DNA of 64,000 bases, from the IMG/VR virus record IMGVR_UViG_3300021090_000001, positions 1 to 64,000 of that record; one strand, given 5' to 3'. Source of the stretch: a virus. The position numbers were made by a program, and so were the translations under genes. Position 1 is the first letter of the stretch; every line of letters begins with the position of its first letter. The notes under the pieces were generated by a model. The model saw only the letters and a program-made list of their open reading frames with translations. It was not told where the DNA came from and ran no database searches. Of the stretch, positions 6,376-14,896 are shown piece after piece.

Positions 6376-9109
6376 CCTGGTCCATGTCGAGGGGCATGAC
6401 CCGAAGCTCCACGGTCCCTACGCGGCCGAAGAGGGATGGGTGATCGACGCCGACGACCTCCTACTCATCGCCCTGCTGCGCGACCCGGTGTATGGCCCGG
6501 AGCTGACCTGGCGCGACGCTGCCAATCATGAGTACGCCGGTTGTTACCGGGCGATGGATTACCAGTACCCACTCTTCAGGGTGGAAGACAACTACGCCGG
6601 GTTCGCGTGCGCGCGGTCGGTGGGGAAGGCCCTGGCCGATTATATGCACGTATTGACCCCCAGTGGCTACGTTCGCATGGATGAAATCGAAGTGGGTGAC
6701 TTCGCGATTGGCTCGGACGGTAAACCGACTGAAGTCCTCGGGGTGTACCCTCAGCAGGGAAAGCGGGAGCTGTATCGGGTCGCATTCACCGACGGAACAT
6801 TCGTGGATTGCGATGGCGATCATCTCTGGACGGTTACCTGCGATAGCTGGGAGGCGAGGGGAACTGGACCGAAAACTCTGACGCTGCATGACATCCGTTG
6901 GCGCAAGGCCAGGTTCAAAGTGCCGCTGCCCAGCGGCCCAGTGGAGTTCAAGCCTCTCGCGCCGCCTCATATTGATCCCTGGGCGGCAGGGGCACTGCTA
7001 GGAGATGGCAACCTTACTCCGCGTTCGATGGTGCGCTTCGCGAGTATTGACGACGAGAACGTGGCCCGCTTGCAGGCCGCCCTGCCCGAAGTAGACGTGG
7101 TTCACGATGGCGGCTGTAATTACAGACTTCGGTCAAGCGGCCCTAAGCCGGGGCCATGTGAAGCGCTCACCTGGAGCAGGCTCACCGGCCTGGCGGGGCG
7201 AAGCTCTCTGAGGAAGTTCATTCCAGATGAATTCCTCTGGGGCTCCGTTGCGGTAAGGACCGAGCTATTACGCGGGCTCGTTGACACCGATGGCTACGTG
7301 ACTCATGCGGGGAGCATCGAAGTTAGTACCTCCTCTCCTCAGTTGGCAGAGGACATTAGGCAGTTGGTTCTTTCGCTCGGCGGAAGATGCTCGATCAAGA
7401 TGCGACATACCACCCACGCTGATGCGTATCGAGTCGTATTCCGCATTGATGGGATTTTACCTTGTCACCTGACCCGGAAGAAAACGACCTATGAAGCGCT
7501 TCAGGACCAGAGGACCAGGGCAACCGAGTTTCGCCTGATCGACTCGATACGGCCGATTGGTCCTGGGATGGCGACGTGCATTGAGGTCAACAATACAAAC
7601 GGCCTCTTCATGACCGAGGACATGGTACTAACCCACAACACCGAGAGCATCAAGGCCCGCGCCTTCGCCCACGTCTTCAAGCGGGTCAGCGAGAACATGC
7701 TGATCACGGCGCCAGAGCTGATCCACCTTCTGCCGCTGACCGAAGCGATCGAGGACCGCATCCTCGACACCAGGATCAGCCGCGACTTCCTCGACACGCG
7801 GGGCGGCAAAACCGGGCTCACCCACCGTCCGTTCGGCGCCGAGTTCTACGACGGCACCAGGCTGGTCGGCCGCATCCCGAAGATCACGGGAACCGGCGTC
7901 AAGGGTCAGCACGAGCCGGACATGGTGATTGACGAGGCCCAGGACTACCCCGAGAAAGGGTGGACCGAGATCCACGAGACGGTGATCAAGGATCACACCG
8001 ACAAGGAAGGCAACCCGGATTTCACCTACCACTTCTTTGGAGTCCACTCGGGCGACCGCGACAGCGGCTTCTTCAAGTCCATCAATGATGGTGCCTTCAA
8101 AGTCATCACGATCACCGCGATCCAGCGGCCGGGCTGGTCGAAAGCCGAGAAGGACGCGGCCAAGGCCCGTTACGGCGGCACCCAGAACCCTGACTACCGC
8201 CGCAACATCTATGGCGAGCCCGGCGCCGCTGCCTCGGCGTTCTTCGTCACCGCCCGGCTCATGGCCTGCGTGGACCAGGGACCTCCCGGCAAGCTGCCTA
8301 CCGACTCCGACTACAACACGCTTCAGTACGTCAAACAGCAGCTCCGCGCCGAGGAGGTCGATGAACTTCGTCTGCCGATGAACGAGGTCCTGGACCTGCC
8401 CGATTCCTATGGCAAGCTCTATATCGGCGCCGACCTCGGGCTCACCAACTCCCCCACTGTCGTCTCGGTCTTCTCTCACGAGAAAGTGAAGAACGTCGAA
8501 CGACTGAAGCTAATCCGCCTGTACGAACTCCACCGCTTCCGCACCCGCCAGATCAGGGAGTGCTTCAGCACCCTGGGCTGGCACTTCGGCTCGGCGATGC
8601 AGTCCTTCGGGATCGACATCACTGGGCTCGGCTTCCCGATCTGGCAGGAAATGGAGGACGATGAGAACGTACCTCAGCGCCTGCGCGACGTGAGCCGGGG
8701 CTACTTTTTCAACGCGAAGGTCCCGGTAAACGTGGACAAGGATCACATCACCAAGGACGAAGCTGGGCGGATGCGAGATCAATACGGTGCGTCGGTCGAG
8801 GTCGAGACCGACGAGTGGGGACAGGAGCGGCTGGTGACCAAGATGCCGATGATCGAGGCCAGTACCCGCTATCTCCGCGAGTTCGTGGACTCCGGCTTCC
8901 TGATGCTCCCCTTCGACAAAGCGATCACCACCGACATGCAGGGCGAGACTCAGCAGCGGGTGCGCGCGGTCGGCGATAAAGCGCGCAAGCCTAACGCTTT
9001 CCACATTCTCGACTCCTTCCGGGGCATGGCGATGGGCTTCAAGGCGGGCGAGGTCGAGGAGGCGCTGGCGGTGAGCAAACCGGCGCCGGTCTTCGACATC
9101 GCGCTGTAG
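6359..9109 (+). CDS. terL: Terminase large subunit, interrupted by an intein in the Walker A motif
   Basis: 916-aa ORF. The exteins join as ARSVGK|TESIKA, restoring a GKT P-loop. Position is upstream of the portal gene. Confidence 0.9.
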   Translation: MSASSNLVHVEGHDPKLHGPYAAEEGWVIDADDLLLIALLRDPVYGPELTWRDAANHEYAGCYRAMDYQYPLFRVEDNYAGFACARSVGKALADYMHVLTPSGYVRMDEIEVGDFAIGSDGKPTEVLGVYPQQGKRELYRVAFTDGTFVDCDGDHLWTVTCDSWEARGTGPKTLTLHDIRWRKARFKVPLPSGPVEFKPLAPPHIDPWAAGALLGDGNLTPRSMVRFASIDDENVARLQAALPEVDVVHDGGCNYRLRSSGPKPGPCEALTWSRLTGLAGRSSLRKFIPDEFLWGSVAVRTELLRGLVDTDGYVTHAGSIEVSTSSPQLAEDIRQLVLSLGGRCSIKMRHTTHADAYRVVFRIDGILPCHLTRKKTTYEALQDQRTRATEFRLIDSIRPIGPGMATCIEVNNTNGLFMTEDMVLTHNTESIKARAFAHVFKRVSENMLITAPELIHLLPLTEAIEDRILDTRISRDFLDTRGGKTGLTHRPFGAEFYDGTRLVGRIPKITGTGVKGQHEPDMVIDEAQDYPEKGWTEIHETVIKDHTDKEGNPDFTYHFFGVHSGDRDSGFFKSINDGAFKVITITAIQRPGWSKAEKDAAKARYGGTQNPDYRRNIYGEPGAAASAFFVTARLMACVDQGPPGKLPTDSDYNTLQYVKQQLRAEEVDELRLPMNEVLDLPDSYGKLYIGADLGLTNSPTVVSVFSHEKVKNVERLKLIRLYELHRFRTRQIRECFSTLGWHFGSAMQSFGIDITGLGFPIWQEMEDDENVPQRLRDVSRGYFFNAKVPVNVDKDHITKDEAGRMRDQYGASVEVETDEWGQERLVTKMPMIEASTRYLREFVDSGFLMLPFDKAITTDMQGETQQRVRAVGDKARKPNAFHILDSFRGMAMGFKAGEVEEALAVSKPAPVFDIAL
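6629..7639 (+). mobile_element. Intein (337 aa) with LAGLIDADG homing-endonuclease domain; Ala1, class-3-like W/C/T triplet
   Basis: Begins ALADYMHVL and ends VLTHN followed by Thr+1. LLGDGNL and LRGLVDTDGYV are LAGLIDADG motifs. Triplet residues: W67 (DHLW), C317 (ATCIEV), T335 (LTHN). GC looks lower than in the exteins. Confidence 0.85.
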
Positions 9110-9179
9110 GCACCCGGTGTGTGTTCGCTCACGAAACACACCCATCCCGCTCCTCAGCCCGTTCGGGTCCCATCGGTCA

Positions 9180-9206
9180 AAATTGATAGCTTGCAGCTAT
9201 CAATTT
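9180..9206. repeat. Perfect AT-rich palindrome (AAATTGATAGCT tgc AGCTATCAATTT)
   Basis: 12-bp arms with a 3-nt spacer, inside the 240-bp non-coding gap after terL. Confidence 0.8.
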
Positions 9207-9350
9207 CAGCCCGAAAACGGCCTTTGTGAGCGAGATGTGGGCGGGCCTCACAAACACGCCTAACACTCGTTCAGAGTTGCGGGCGCTATAGCGCTGTAGC
9301 TGTAGGATCATCCGACAGATGGCGCAGCAGCAGCCACTTCGGGAGGCCCG

Positions 9351-9755
9351 GTGAACCCGGTCGAGGTCCGCGAGGCCCTGTACCAGGCCGCCAAGCTGAC
9401 CTTCCCCCGGCTGCGTGACCTCTCGCCCGAGGCCAAGGTCGCCGCGATCGAAGACCATTACGTCGCCTGCGCCATCTCTCGACAGGCGTTGGAGGAAGCC
9501 GCCCTGTGGATGCAGGACGCGGTGAAGCGGCTGGAGGACGCCTGGGACGCGATCGAGGGCTACCGGACGCTGATCCCGCCCGGCGACAAGACCCAGAAGG
9601 GCGTCGTCGCGGCGAAGCGGCAGATCGATCCGAAGACCTACGAAGGCATCCGCGAGGGGAAGTGGCTCGTGGACAAGCTGAAGACCCAGGTCCGGCGTCT
9701 GGAACGCGATGAAGAAGCTGCGTCGAGGCTCTATACGATGATGACCGGCGGGTAA
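9351..9755 (+). CDS. Hypothetical helical protein
   Basis: 134 aa, GTG start after GGGAGG, GC3-biased. Confidence 0.5.
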   Translation: MNPVEVREALYQAAKLTFPRLRDLSPEAKVAAIEDHYVACAISRQALEEAALWMQDAVKRLEDAWDAIEGYRTLIPPGDKTQKGVVAAKRQIDPKTYEGIREGKWLVDKLKTQVRRLERDEEAASRLYTMMTGG

Positions 9756-9846
9756 TTTGCGCATTTTGGTCACCGGCTGACTACATTCCAGATCGGAATA
9801 TTAGGCCGCCCGATCGAGGAATTAAGGGCGCCGATCGGGCAAATAG

Positions 9847-9867
9847 CCGACGGGCGTCGTAAATTAG
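9847..9867 (+). promoter_or_regulatory. Promoter-like motif copy 4 (CCGACGggCGTCGTAaATTAG)
   Basis: TAAATT at 9860-9865. The portal GTG at 9872 starts 7 nt after the hexamer, a leaderless candidate. Confidence 0.6.
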
Positions 9868-9871
9868 AGCT

Positions 9872-12148
9872 GTGCCCGTCGAGGAGATGACCAGCTCTGG
9901 CCTCGTGGTCCCCCAGGGCTACGGCGCCGCCACCGAGGGGCGTGGCCCTTTCGGGGACTCCGACCGTCGCAGTCTCGGCTTCCCGCGCGGCGGCCCGGAG
10001 CGCGGCGGCATCCCGCTGGAGGGCGACGGCGTCGTTGTCAACGAGACGGGTCTGCCCGACGACCTCGTCCTCGACGCGACCCGCGACTACTTCGTGGAGA
10101 ACGCCTCGATGGCCTGGGGGCAGCAGACCAACTTCCAGCTCTACAACCAGCGCCAGGGCTCGATGCTCGCCAGGTCCGACTACAGGACCCCCACGAACGT
10201 CCTGGAGGAGATCAGGCTCGCGCGCAACCTGGCCGAATACGACGACGATGTCGGCGCCGTCATGCGCGAGGTCCTGGCGCTCGGCTTCGGGGAAGGCATG
10301 GAGCATCAGCACGCCGACGAGAAATCGCTGGCGATCTTCGACGCGATCGCTCGCGAAGCCAACCTCGACCACGTCTTCAAAGAGATTTACCGCGAGTACC
10401 TGATCGCCTCGCAGTTCACGACGGCGATGCTGTTCACCCGCCGCGAAATCGAATTCACCCCTCAGGGCGCGAGCGAGGCGGCGGAAACCCTGGTGAATGC
10501 GCCTCTGATCGGAGTCTTCCATTCCGAGAACGTCCGCATCATCGGCAACGACATGTTCGGCACCGGAATCCTGGCCTACGATCCGCCCGACGAGAAACTG
10601 CGCGCATGGCTCGATGAGTACTTCAGCGAGCGCACCACCGTCTCCCGCAAAGCCGAGATGGGCAGGCAGGATCGGGCGACCGCCAACCTCTTCACCGGGG
10701 TCATCTCGATTGACGACTTCGCCAACGTCGAAGACCGGCCGTGGCAATCCTCGATCACCGGCCGTCTCTACCTGCTCAACCCCCGCCTCTGCTTCCGCAC
10801 CAGCATGGCGAAGGGCACCTGGAAGTACCCGAAACCGCTGCTGACCGCCAACTTCGGGCTCCTGGAGGCCAAGCGGCTGCTGAACATCATGGACTACGCC
10901 CTGCTCCAGGGCGGCTCAAACTTCATCGTCGTCGCCAAAAAGGGCACCGACGATCGCCCGGCCCAGCCCGAGGAGATTCAACACCTGGTCGAGGTCGTCC
11001 GGCGGGCCTCGAAGTCCGGCGTCATCGTCGGCGACCACCGGCTCAGCTTCGAAATCATCACCCCCAAACTGGACGAGTTGCTGAACCCCGCCAAGCGCCG
11101 TCTGCTCGGCCGCAAGATCGCGATGAGGATGATGGGCATCGCCGAGCGCGCCGAGGAGTCGGCTTCCAACGGCGAGCAGGCCGACACCGAGGTCCTGGCC
11201 CGAGTGGTGATGGCCGACCGCCGCGACATCCAGCGCCACGTCGAGAACAACATCTACCCCGAAGTGGTGAAAAGGAACAAAACCCTCCTGTCGAAAGGCC
11301 CGGCGGGCATCTGGTTCCCGAAAATCATCCTCCAAGGACTCAACTTCTTCACCGAATTAGTCCTCAAGCTCCGCGACCGTGGTGACATCGCCCGCTCGAC
11401 GGCGGTGGCCGCCGCCGGGTTCAACTGGGAGGCCGAGGTCGCCAAGCGCAAACAGGAGGTCGAATCCGGCGACGATGAGCTGATGGCGCCCGCCTCTGTC
11501 CCGCACTCCTCAGAAGAAGCCGGTCCCCAGGACAACAACGAAGGTCGCCCGAAAGGATCGGGGGACGGCAACAAACCCGACCCGGCCGCGCCGAAACGCA
11601 CCATTACCCGGAACAAAGGCGAGACGGTCAAAGCCTGGTGGGATGAGGAGCTGGACGAAATCGTCCGCGTCGGCGAGGTCACCTACGCGATCCTGGAGGA
11701 GTACGCCGACACCAAAGAAGAGGACGGCTTCCGGGTCAGCGCCCTGGAGCGCGAGGCGATCGAGGCCCGCGAGCCGGTCATTCGCGGCGGCGCGGCGGTG
11801 GTGCCGGTCAACGTCGGCGTCCCGGTCTACTCCGAGCTGCGGGTGGTGAAACTGCGTGAGGGCCTGCGGATGGTGGTCGGCTACCGGCGCGACAACAACG
11901 CGATCGTCGCCGTCGCCCTCGACTTCCGCGAGCCCGAGTTCAGCGTCCACGACGTGGAAGCTCGGACGGCCCGCTGGGGCTTCGGTCTCCCTTCCCTACC
12001 CGCCCCTGAGCTGCCCGAGGAGACGGCCGTGATTCCGATCGTCACGCCGCCCTCCCCGGAGCCCGGCGTGCGTCTCTTGATCCGCGATAGAGACGGCAAC
12101 ATAATTGGCTCAGAGGTCGCAGTAGATAAGCCGCCCGAGGACTCCTGA
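9872..12148 (+). CDS. Portal protein (large, with C-terminal extension)
   Basis: 758 aa. First large gene after terL and upstream of the protease/scaffold and capsid genes. Acidic central region typical of portals. Confidence 0.7.
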   Translation: MPVEEMTSSGLVVPQGYGAATEGRGPFGDSDRRSLGFPRGGPERGGIPLEGDGVVVNETGLPDDLVLDATRDYFVENASMAWGQQTNFQLYNQRQGSMLARSDYRTPTNVLEEIRLARNLAEYDDDVGAVMREVLALGFGEGMEHQHADEKSLAIFDAIAREANLDHVFKEIYREYLIASQFTTAMLFTRREIEFTPQGASEAAETLVNAPLIGVFHSENVRIIGNDMFGTGILAYDPPDEKLRAWLDEYFSERTTVSRKAEMGRQDRATANLFTGVISIDDFANVEDRPWQSSITGRLYLLNPRLCFRTSMAKGTWKYPKPLLTANFGLLEAKRLLNIMDYALLQGGSNFIVVAKKGTDDRPAQPEEIQHLVEVVRRASKSGVIVGDHRLSFEIITPKLDELLNPAKRRLLGRKIAMRMMGIAERAEESASNGEQADTEVLARVVMADRRDIQRHVENNIYPEVVKRNKTLLSKGPAGIWFPKIILQGLNFFTELVLKLRDRGDIARSTAVAAAGFNWEAEVAKRKQEVESGDDELMAPASVPHSSEEAGPQDNNEGRPKGSGDGNKPDPAAPKRTITRNKGETVKAWWDEELDEIVRVGEVTYAILEEYADTKEEDGFRVSALEREAIEAREPVIRGGAAVVPVNVGVPVYSELRVVKLREGLRMVVGYRRDNNAIVAVALDFREPEFSVHDVEARTARWGFGLPSLPAPELPEETAVIPIVTPPSPEPGVRLLIRDRDGNIIGSEVAVDKPPEDS

Positions 12149-12471
12149 TGCTCACCCCCGAGGGCTGGGAGTGGATCGCGGACTGGGTCGCGGGAGAGGT
12201 CGCCAACGGCGGCTTTATCATTGTCGCCGACCTCGAAGGCCACTCTGGCGCCGCTCCGGTGCGATCGGCAACAGTGGAGAAACAGGAGAATGGCGCCTAC
12301 CGTCTGACGGCCACCGCTGTCTTCGCCGAAGCTGACTCTAACTTCACCTGGAACAAACGCAAGATCAAACTGGCGGACGGCACCGAGATCGAGGCCGAAG
12401 AGGAAGACCTCGGGCGCAAGGCCGAGGGTGCCGAATGGGAGATCGCGGTCAAGATCGACTTCGGAGCCTGA
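12148..12471 (+). CDS. Hypothetical head-module protein
   Basis: 107 aa. ATG overlaps the portal stop (TGATG). Confidence 0.55.
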   Translation: MLTPEGWEWIADWVAGEVANGGFIIVADLEGHSGAAPVRSATVEKQENGAYRLTATAVFAEADSNFTWNKRKIKLADGTEIEAEEEDLGRKAEGAEWEIAVKIDFGA

Positions 12472-12472
12472 C

Positions 12473-12847
12473 GTGACCATCACGACGAGCGTTGAAGAAA
12501 TCACCACGGCGGATGCGGTTCCGCACGTCGCGCCGAACAAAGTCAGCGCGAAAGCTACGAAGTCCACTCTCACCTACAAGTTCAAAGTGACTGCCGCCTC
12601 CAAAATCCTGGCCTGGCGCACGCGCTTCAAACCGACCAACCGGAACACCGGCAAACTCCTGGGCAGCCGGGGCATGGTGTGTGGAAGCGGTGATCGCTGC
12701 GGCAGCAAATGGGCCTACACCCTCTCGATGACCTCTGGCACCGAAGTCACCGGGGAAATCAAAGAGACGGAAGTCGCGGCTGAAGCTGACGGCGAATACG
12801 AAGTCAAGGTCTTCGCGATGGGCGAAGCGGACGGATGGAGTAGCTGA
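12473..12847 (+). CDS. Ig-like domain protein (virion decoration candidate)
   Basis: GTG at 12473 directly follows the upstream stop; the ORF track starts at 12428. C-terminal ADGEYEVKVFAMGEADGWS parallels ADGEYTIKVFGQDLAGNWS in the 14897 ORF. Confidence 0.5.
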   Translation: MTITTSVEEITTADAVPHVAPNKVSAKATKSTLTYKFKVTAASKILAWRTRFKPTNRNTGKLLGSRGMVCGSGDRCGSKWAYTLSMTSGTEVTGEIKETEVAAEADGEYEVKVFAMGEADGWSS

Positions 12848-14157
12848 TGGGATATGAACGTACCACCTGGATTGACGATGACGGCTCACTGACCGTTGGC
12901 ACGCCGTTCAGCGCGGCCAAGATGAACAACATCGAGGACGGCATCCTGGCGCGGGGGGCCAAGACGGCGCTCGCCGTAGATGCGATCTCGCAGTCGGCGA
13001 CCTTCACCGGCTCCCTGGTCACCTGGACCCACACATCGAATATCAACGCGAACTCCGCCAACGAATACCCAGGACTCGCCCGCGGGATGATGGTGATAGT
13101 GATCCAGAACGGCACCGCCGAAGACCAGATCGAAAGCGTCGAATTCGGCGGCCAGAAACTGAAAGAGGTTAAAGGCTCGCCCCTGCTACATGCCAGTGGC
13201 GCCAAGGATGGCGCCATTCACGTCTTCTTCCTGGGTGACTCGATCACCCAGGGATCGGCCACTGTCAAAGTGACTCCCAAAGCGAGCAGCACGGATGTCA
13301 AGCGGGCGGTCGCATACACGATCACCGGGGATGGACCGATTGCAGTGCAGACCAACACTCTGGCACAGGAGGGTGAAAAAGCGGGCGAACTACTGCCCAC
13401 CACCGGCATCGACGTGAGATCGGGGAGCCGCGCACTCGTCTTCGCGGGCGTTCTCTACGGCGTTGAAAACGAAAGCGAAATTCCCATCCAGCATGGCACC
13501 GAGGACTTCGGCCACGACTTCGGTACCTCGATCGCGAAGTGGGGCCACCTCGCGCCGGAAATCCAGGGAAACGAAGTCCAGGCATTCATGTACTGGAAAG
13601 TGACCAAAAAAGAACAGCCATATGCCGCCTTCGAGATCGCCGTGCATGTGATGCGTGATGTGGGGGTAGTTACGTCGCTGCCCGCAACCCCGGGGATTGG
13701 CGACAAGTGTCAGTATGTCGCCGACGAAGCCAACGGGATCGTCTGGGATCTGATCTACGACGGCATCGGCGAATACCCCTGGAAGAAGATCGGCGGGCCT
13801 GCCTTATTCAATATGTACTCAGGTACTTTGAGCACCGCGTCGGCGACTCCCCAGACGACTAATGCTCCCAAAATAACCTCACCCCTAGCAATGGAGGCCA
13901 GGATAGGTGTAGGCACTCAGTATCAGGCCAATGGCACCCCTCCAGGACAGGCATGGATACAGCCCTTTGTTAATGCAGTTGGCCAGAGCAATATAGCTAT
14001 CAACTCCACGGCTGGGCTACTGTCATGCTATGTACGTTGCCCTACTATAGCGATAAGCAATGGCGTTGCCATAGAAGCACGATACTATGCTGTTACTACT
14101 GGTACTGCTAGCTTCTCTAATCCTTACATAGAAGTAGACCCAGTGAGGGTAGGCTGA
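12847..14157 (+). CDS. Fibre-like protein with tail-fibre-type N-terminus and low-GC C-terminal domain
   Basis: 436 aa. N-terminus TTWIDDDGSLTVGTPFSAAKMNNIEDGI matches the common prophage tail-fibre N-terminal pattern. The last 350 nt or so are visibly AT-richer. Confidence 0.65.
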   Translation: MGYERTTWIDDDGSLTVGTPFSAAKMNNIEDGILARGAKTALAVDAISQSATFTGSLVTWTHTSNINANSANEYPGLARGMMVIVIQNGTAEDQIESVEFGGQKLKEVKGSPLLHASGAKDGAIHVFFLGDSITQGSATVKVTPKASSTDVKRAVAYTITGDGPIAVQTNTLAQEGEKAGELLPTTGIDVRSGSRALVFAGVLYGVENESEIPIQHGTEDFGHDFGTSIAKWGHLAPEIQGNEVQAFMYWKVTKKEQPYAAFEIAVHVMRDVGVVTSLPATPGIGDKCQYVADEANGIVWDLIYDGIGEYPWKKIGGPALFNMYSGTLSTASATPQTTNAPKITSPLAMEARIGVGTQYQANGTPPGQAWIQPFVNAVGQSNIAINSTAGLLSCYVRCPTIAISNGVAIEARYYAVTTGTASFSNPYIEVDPVRVG

Positions 14158-14870
14158 TGAGCGCCAGCTTCACCCTCACGCTCGATACCCAGACGAGCGT
14201 TGAAGCTTCTATCAACGGCGGCAAAGCCGACACCGAAAGCTCGACGGTCACGCTCGAACTGGTGCTCGATGCCGACGCGGCGCTGGTCAAAGTCTGGGGC
14301 ACCATCAACCCGCTCGACCCGGCCAACGCCGGGTTCGGCGAGACCGAAGAAGGCGCCGAATGGATACCGGCGGCGAGCAGCTTCCTGGTCCACACGACGA
14401 CCAATCCCGGCCAGAAGACGCTGCACGTCCTGGTCCGCGACGACGTTGACAACGAGGCCCAGGACGAAGCCTCGATCACCCTCCAGGGCGAAGGCCCGCC
14501 GATCCCGCCGCCGCCGCGCCCGAGCCAGGCTCCTTCCCCAGCCGGTGGTCCGCCGCATCCCGAGCACCGCCCCGAGCGCCGCCGCATCTCCTCGATCATT
14601 CGCGTCGGCCGCGTCCGCGACCACGCCTCCCTTGAATGCAGACCGAATGCAAATCGCATTCGGGTCCGGGCTCCCAGGGTGAGCGCCGGGATTCTGGTAG
14701 CGCACCATATTGTGCCTGTGCAAGTCCAGACGCTGGTTGAGACTTCTGTCTCGGCGAGGCTCGCTGGAATGCAATCTGCATTCGTCGTGCATCCCAGGGT
14801 CTCCTCTCAGGTTGCCCGCCGCGATGGCGAGGACTTCCTGGCCGTCCTCGACTCCCTCGGCATCCTCTGA
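14157..14870 (+). CDS. Ig-like domain protein, paralog of 14897 ORF (3' half doubtful)
   Basis: The first 115 aa or so align with the 14897 ORF (FxLTLDT, VKxWG, TEExxEW, KTLHxxxRDDVxNE). The remainder is Pro/Arg-rich with weaker GC3 and two hairpins. Confidence 0.5.
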   Translation: MSASFTLTLDTQTSVEASINGGKADTESSTVTLELVLDADAALVKVWGTINPLDPANAGFGETEEGAEWIPAASSFLVHTTTNPGQKTLHVLVRDDVDNEAQDEASITLQGEGPPIPPPPRPSQAPSPAGGPPHPEHRPERRRISSIIRVGRVRDHASLECRPNANRIRVRAPRVSAGILVAHHIVPVQVQTLVETSVSARLAGMQSAFVVHPRVSSQVARRDGEDFLAVLDSLGIL

Positions 14871-14887
14871 CGCAGGTCGTACATTAG
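14867..14887 (+). promoter_or_regulatory. Promoter-like motif copy 5 (CtGACGCaGGTCGTACATTAG)
   Basis: Overlaps the stop of the 14157 ORF. ATG at 14897 lies 12 nt after the TACATT hexamer. Confidence 0.55.
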
Positions 14888-14896
14888 AAAGCCGAC

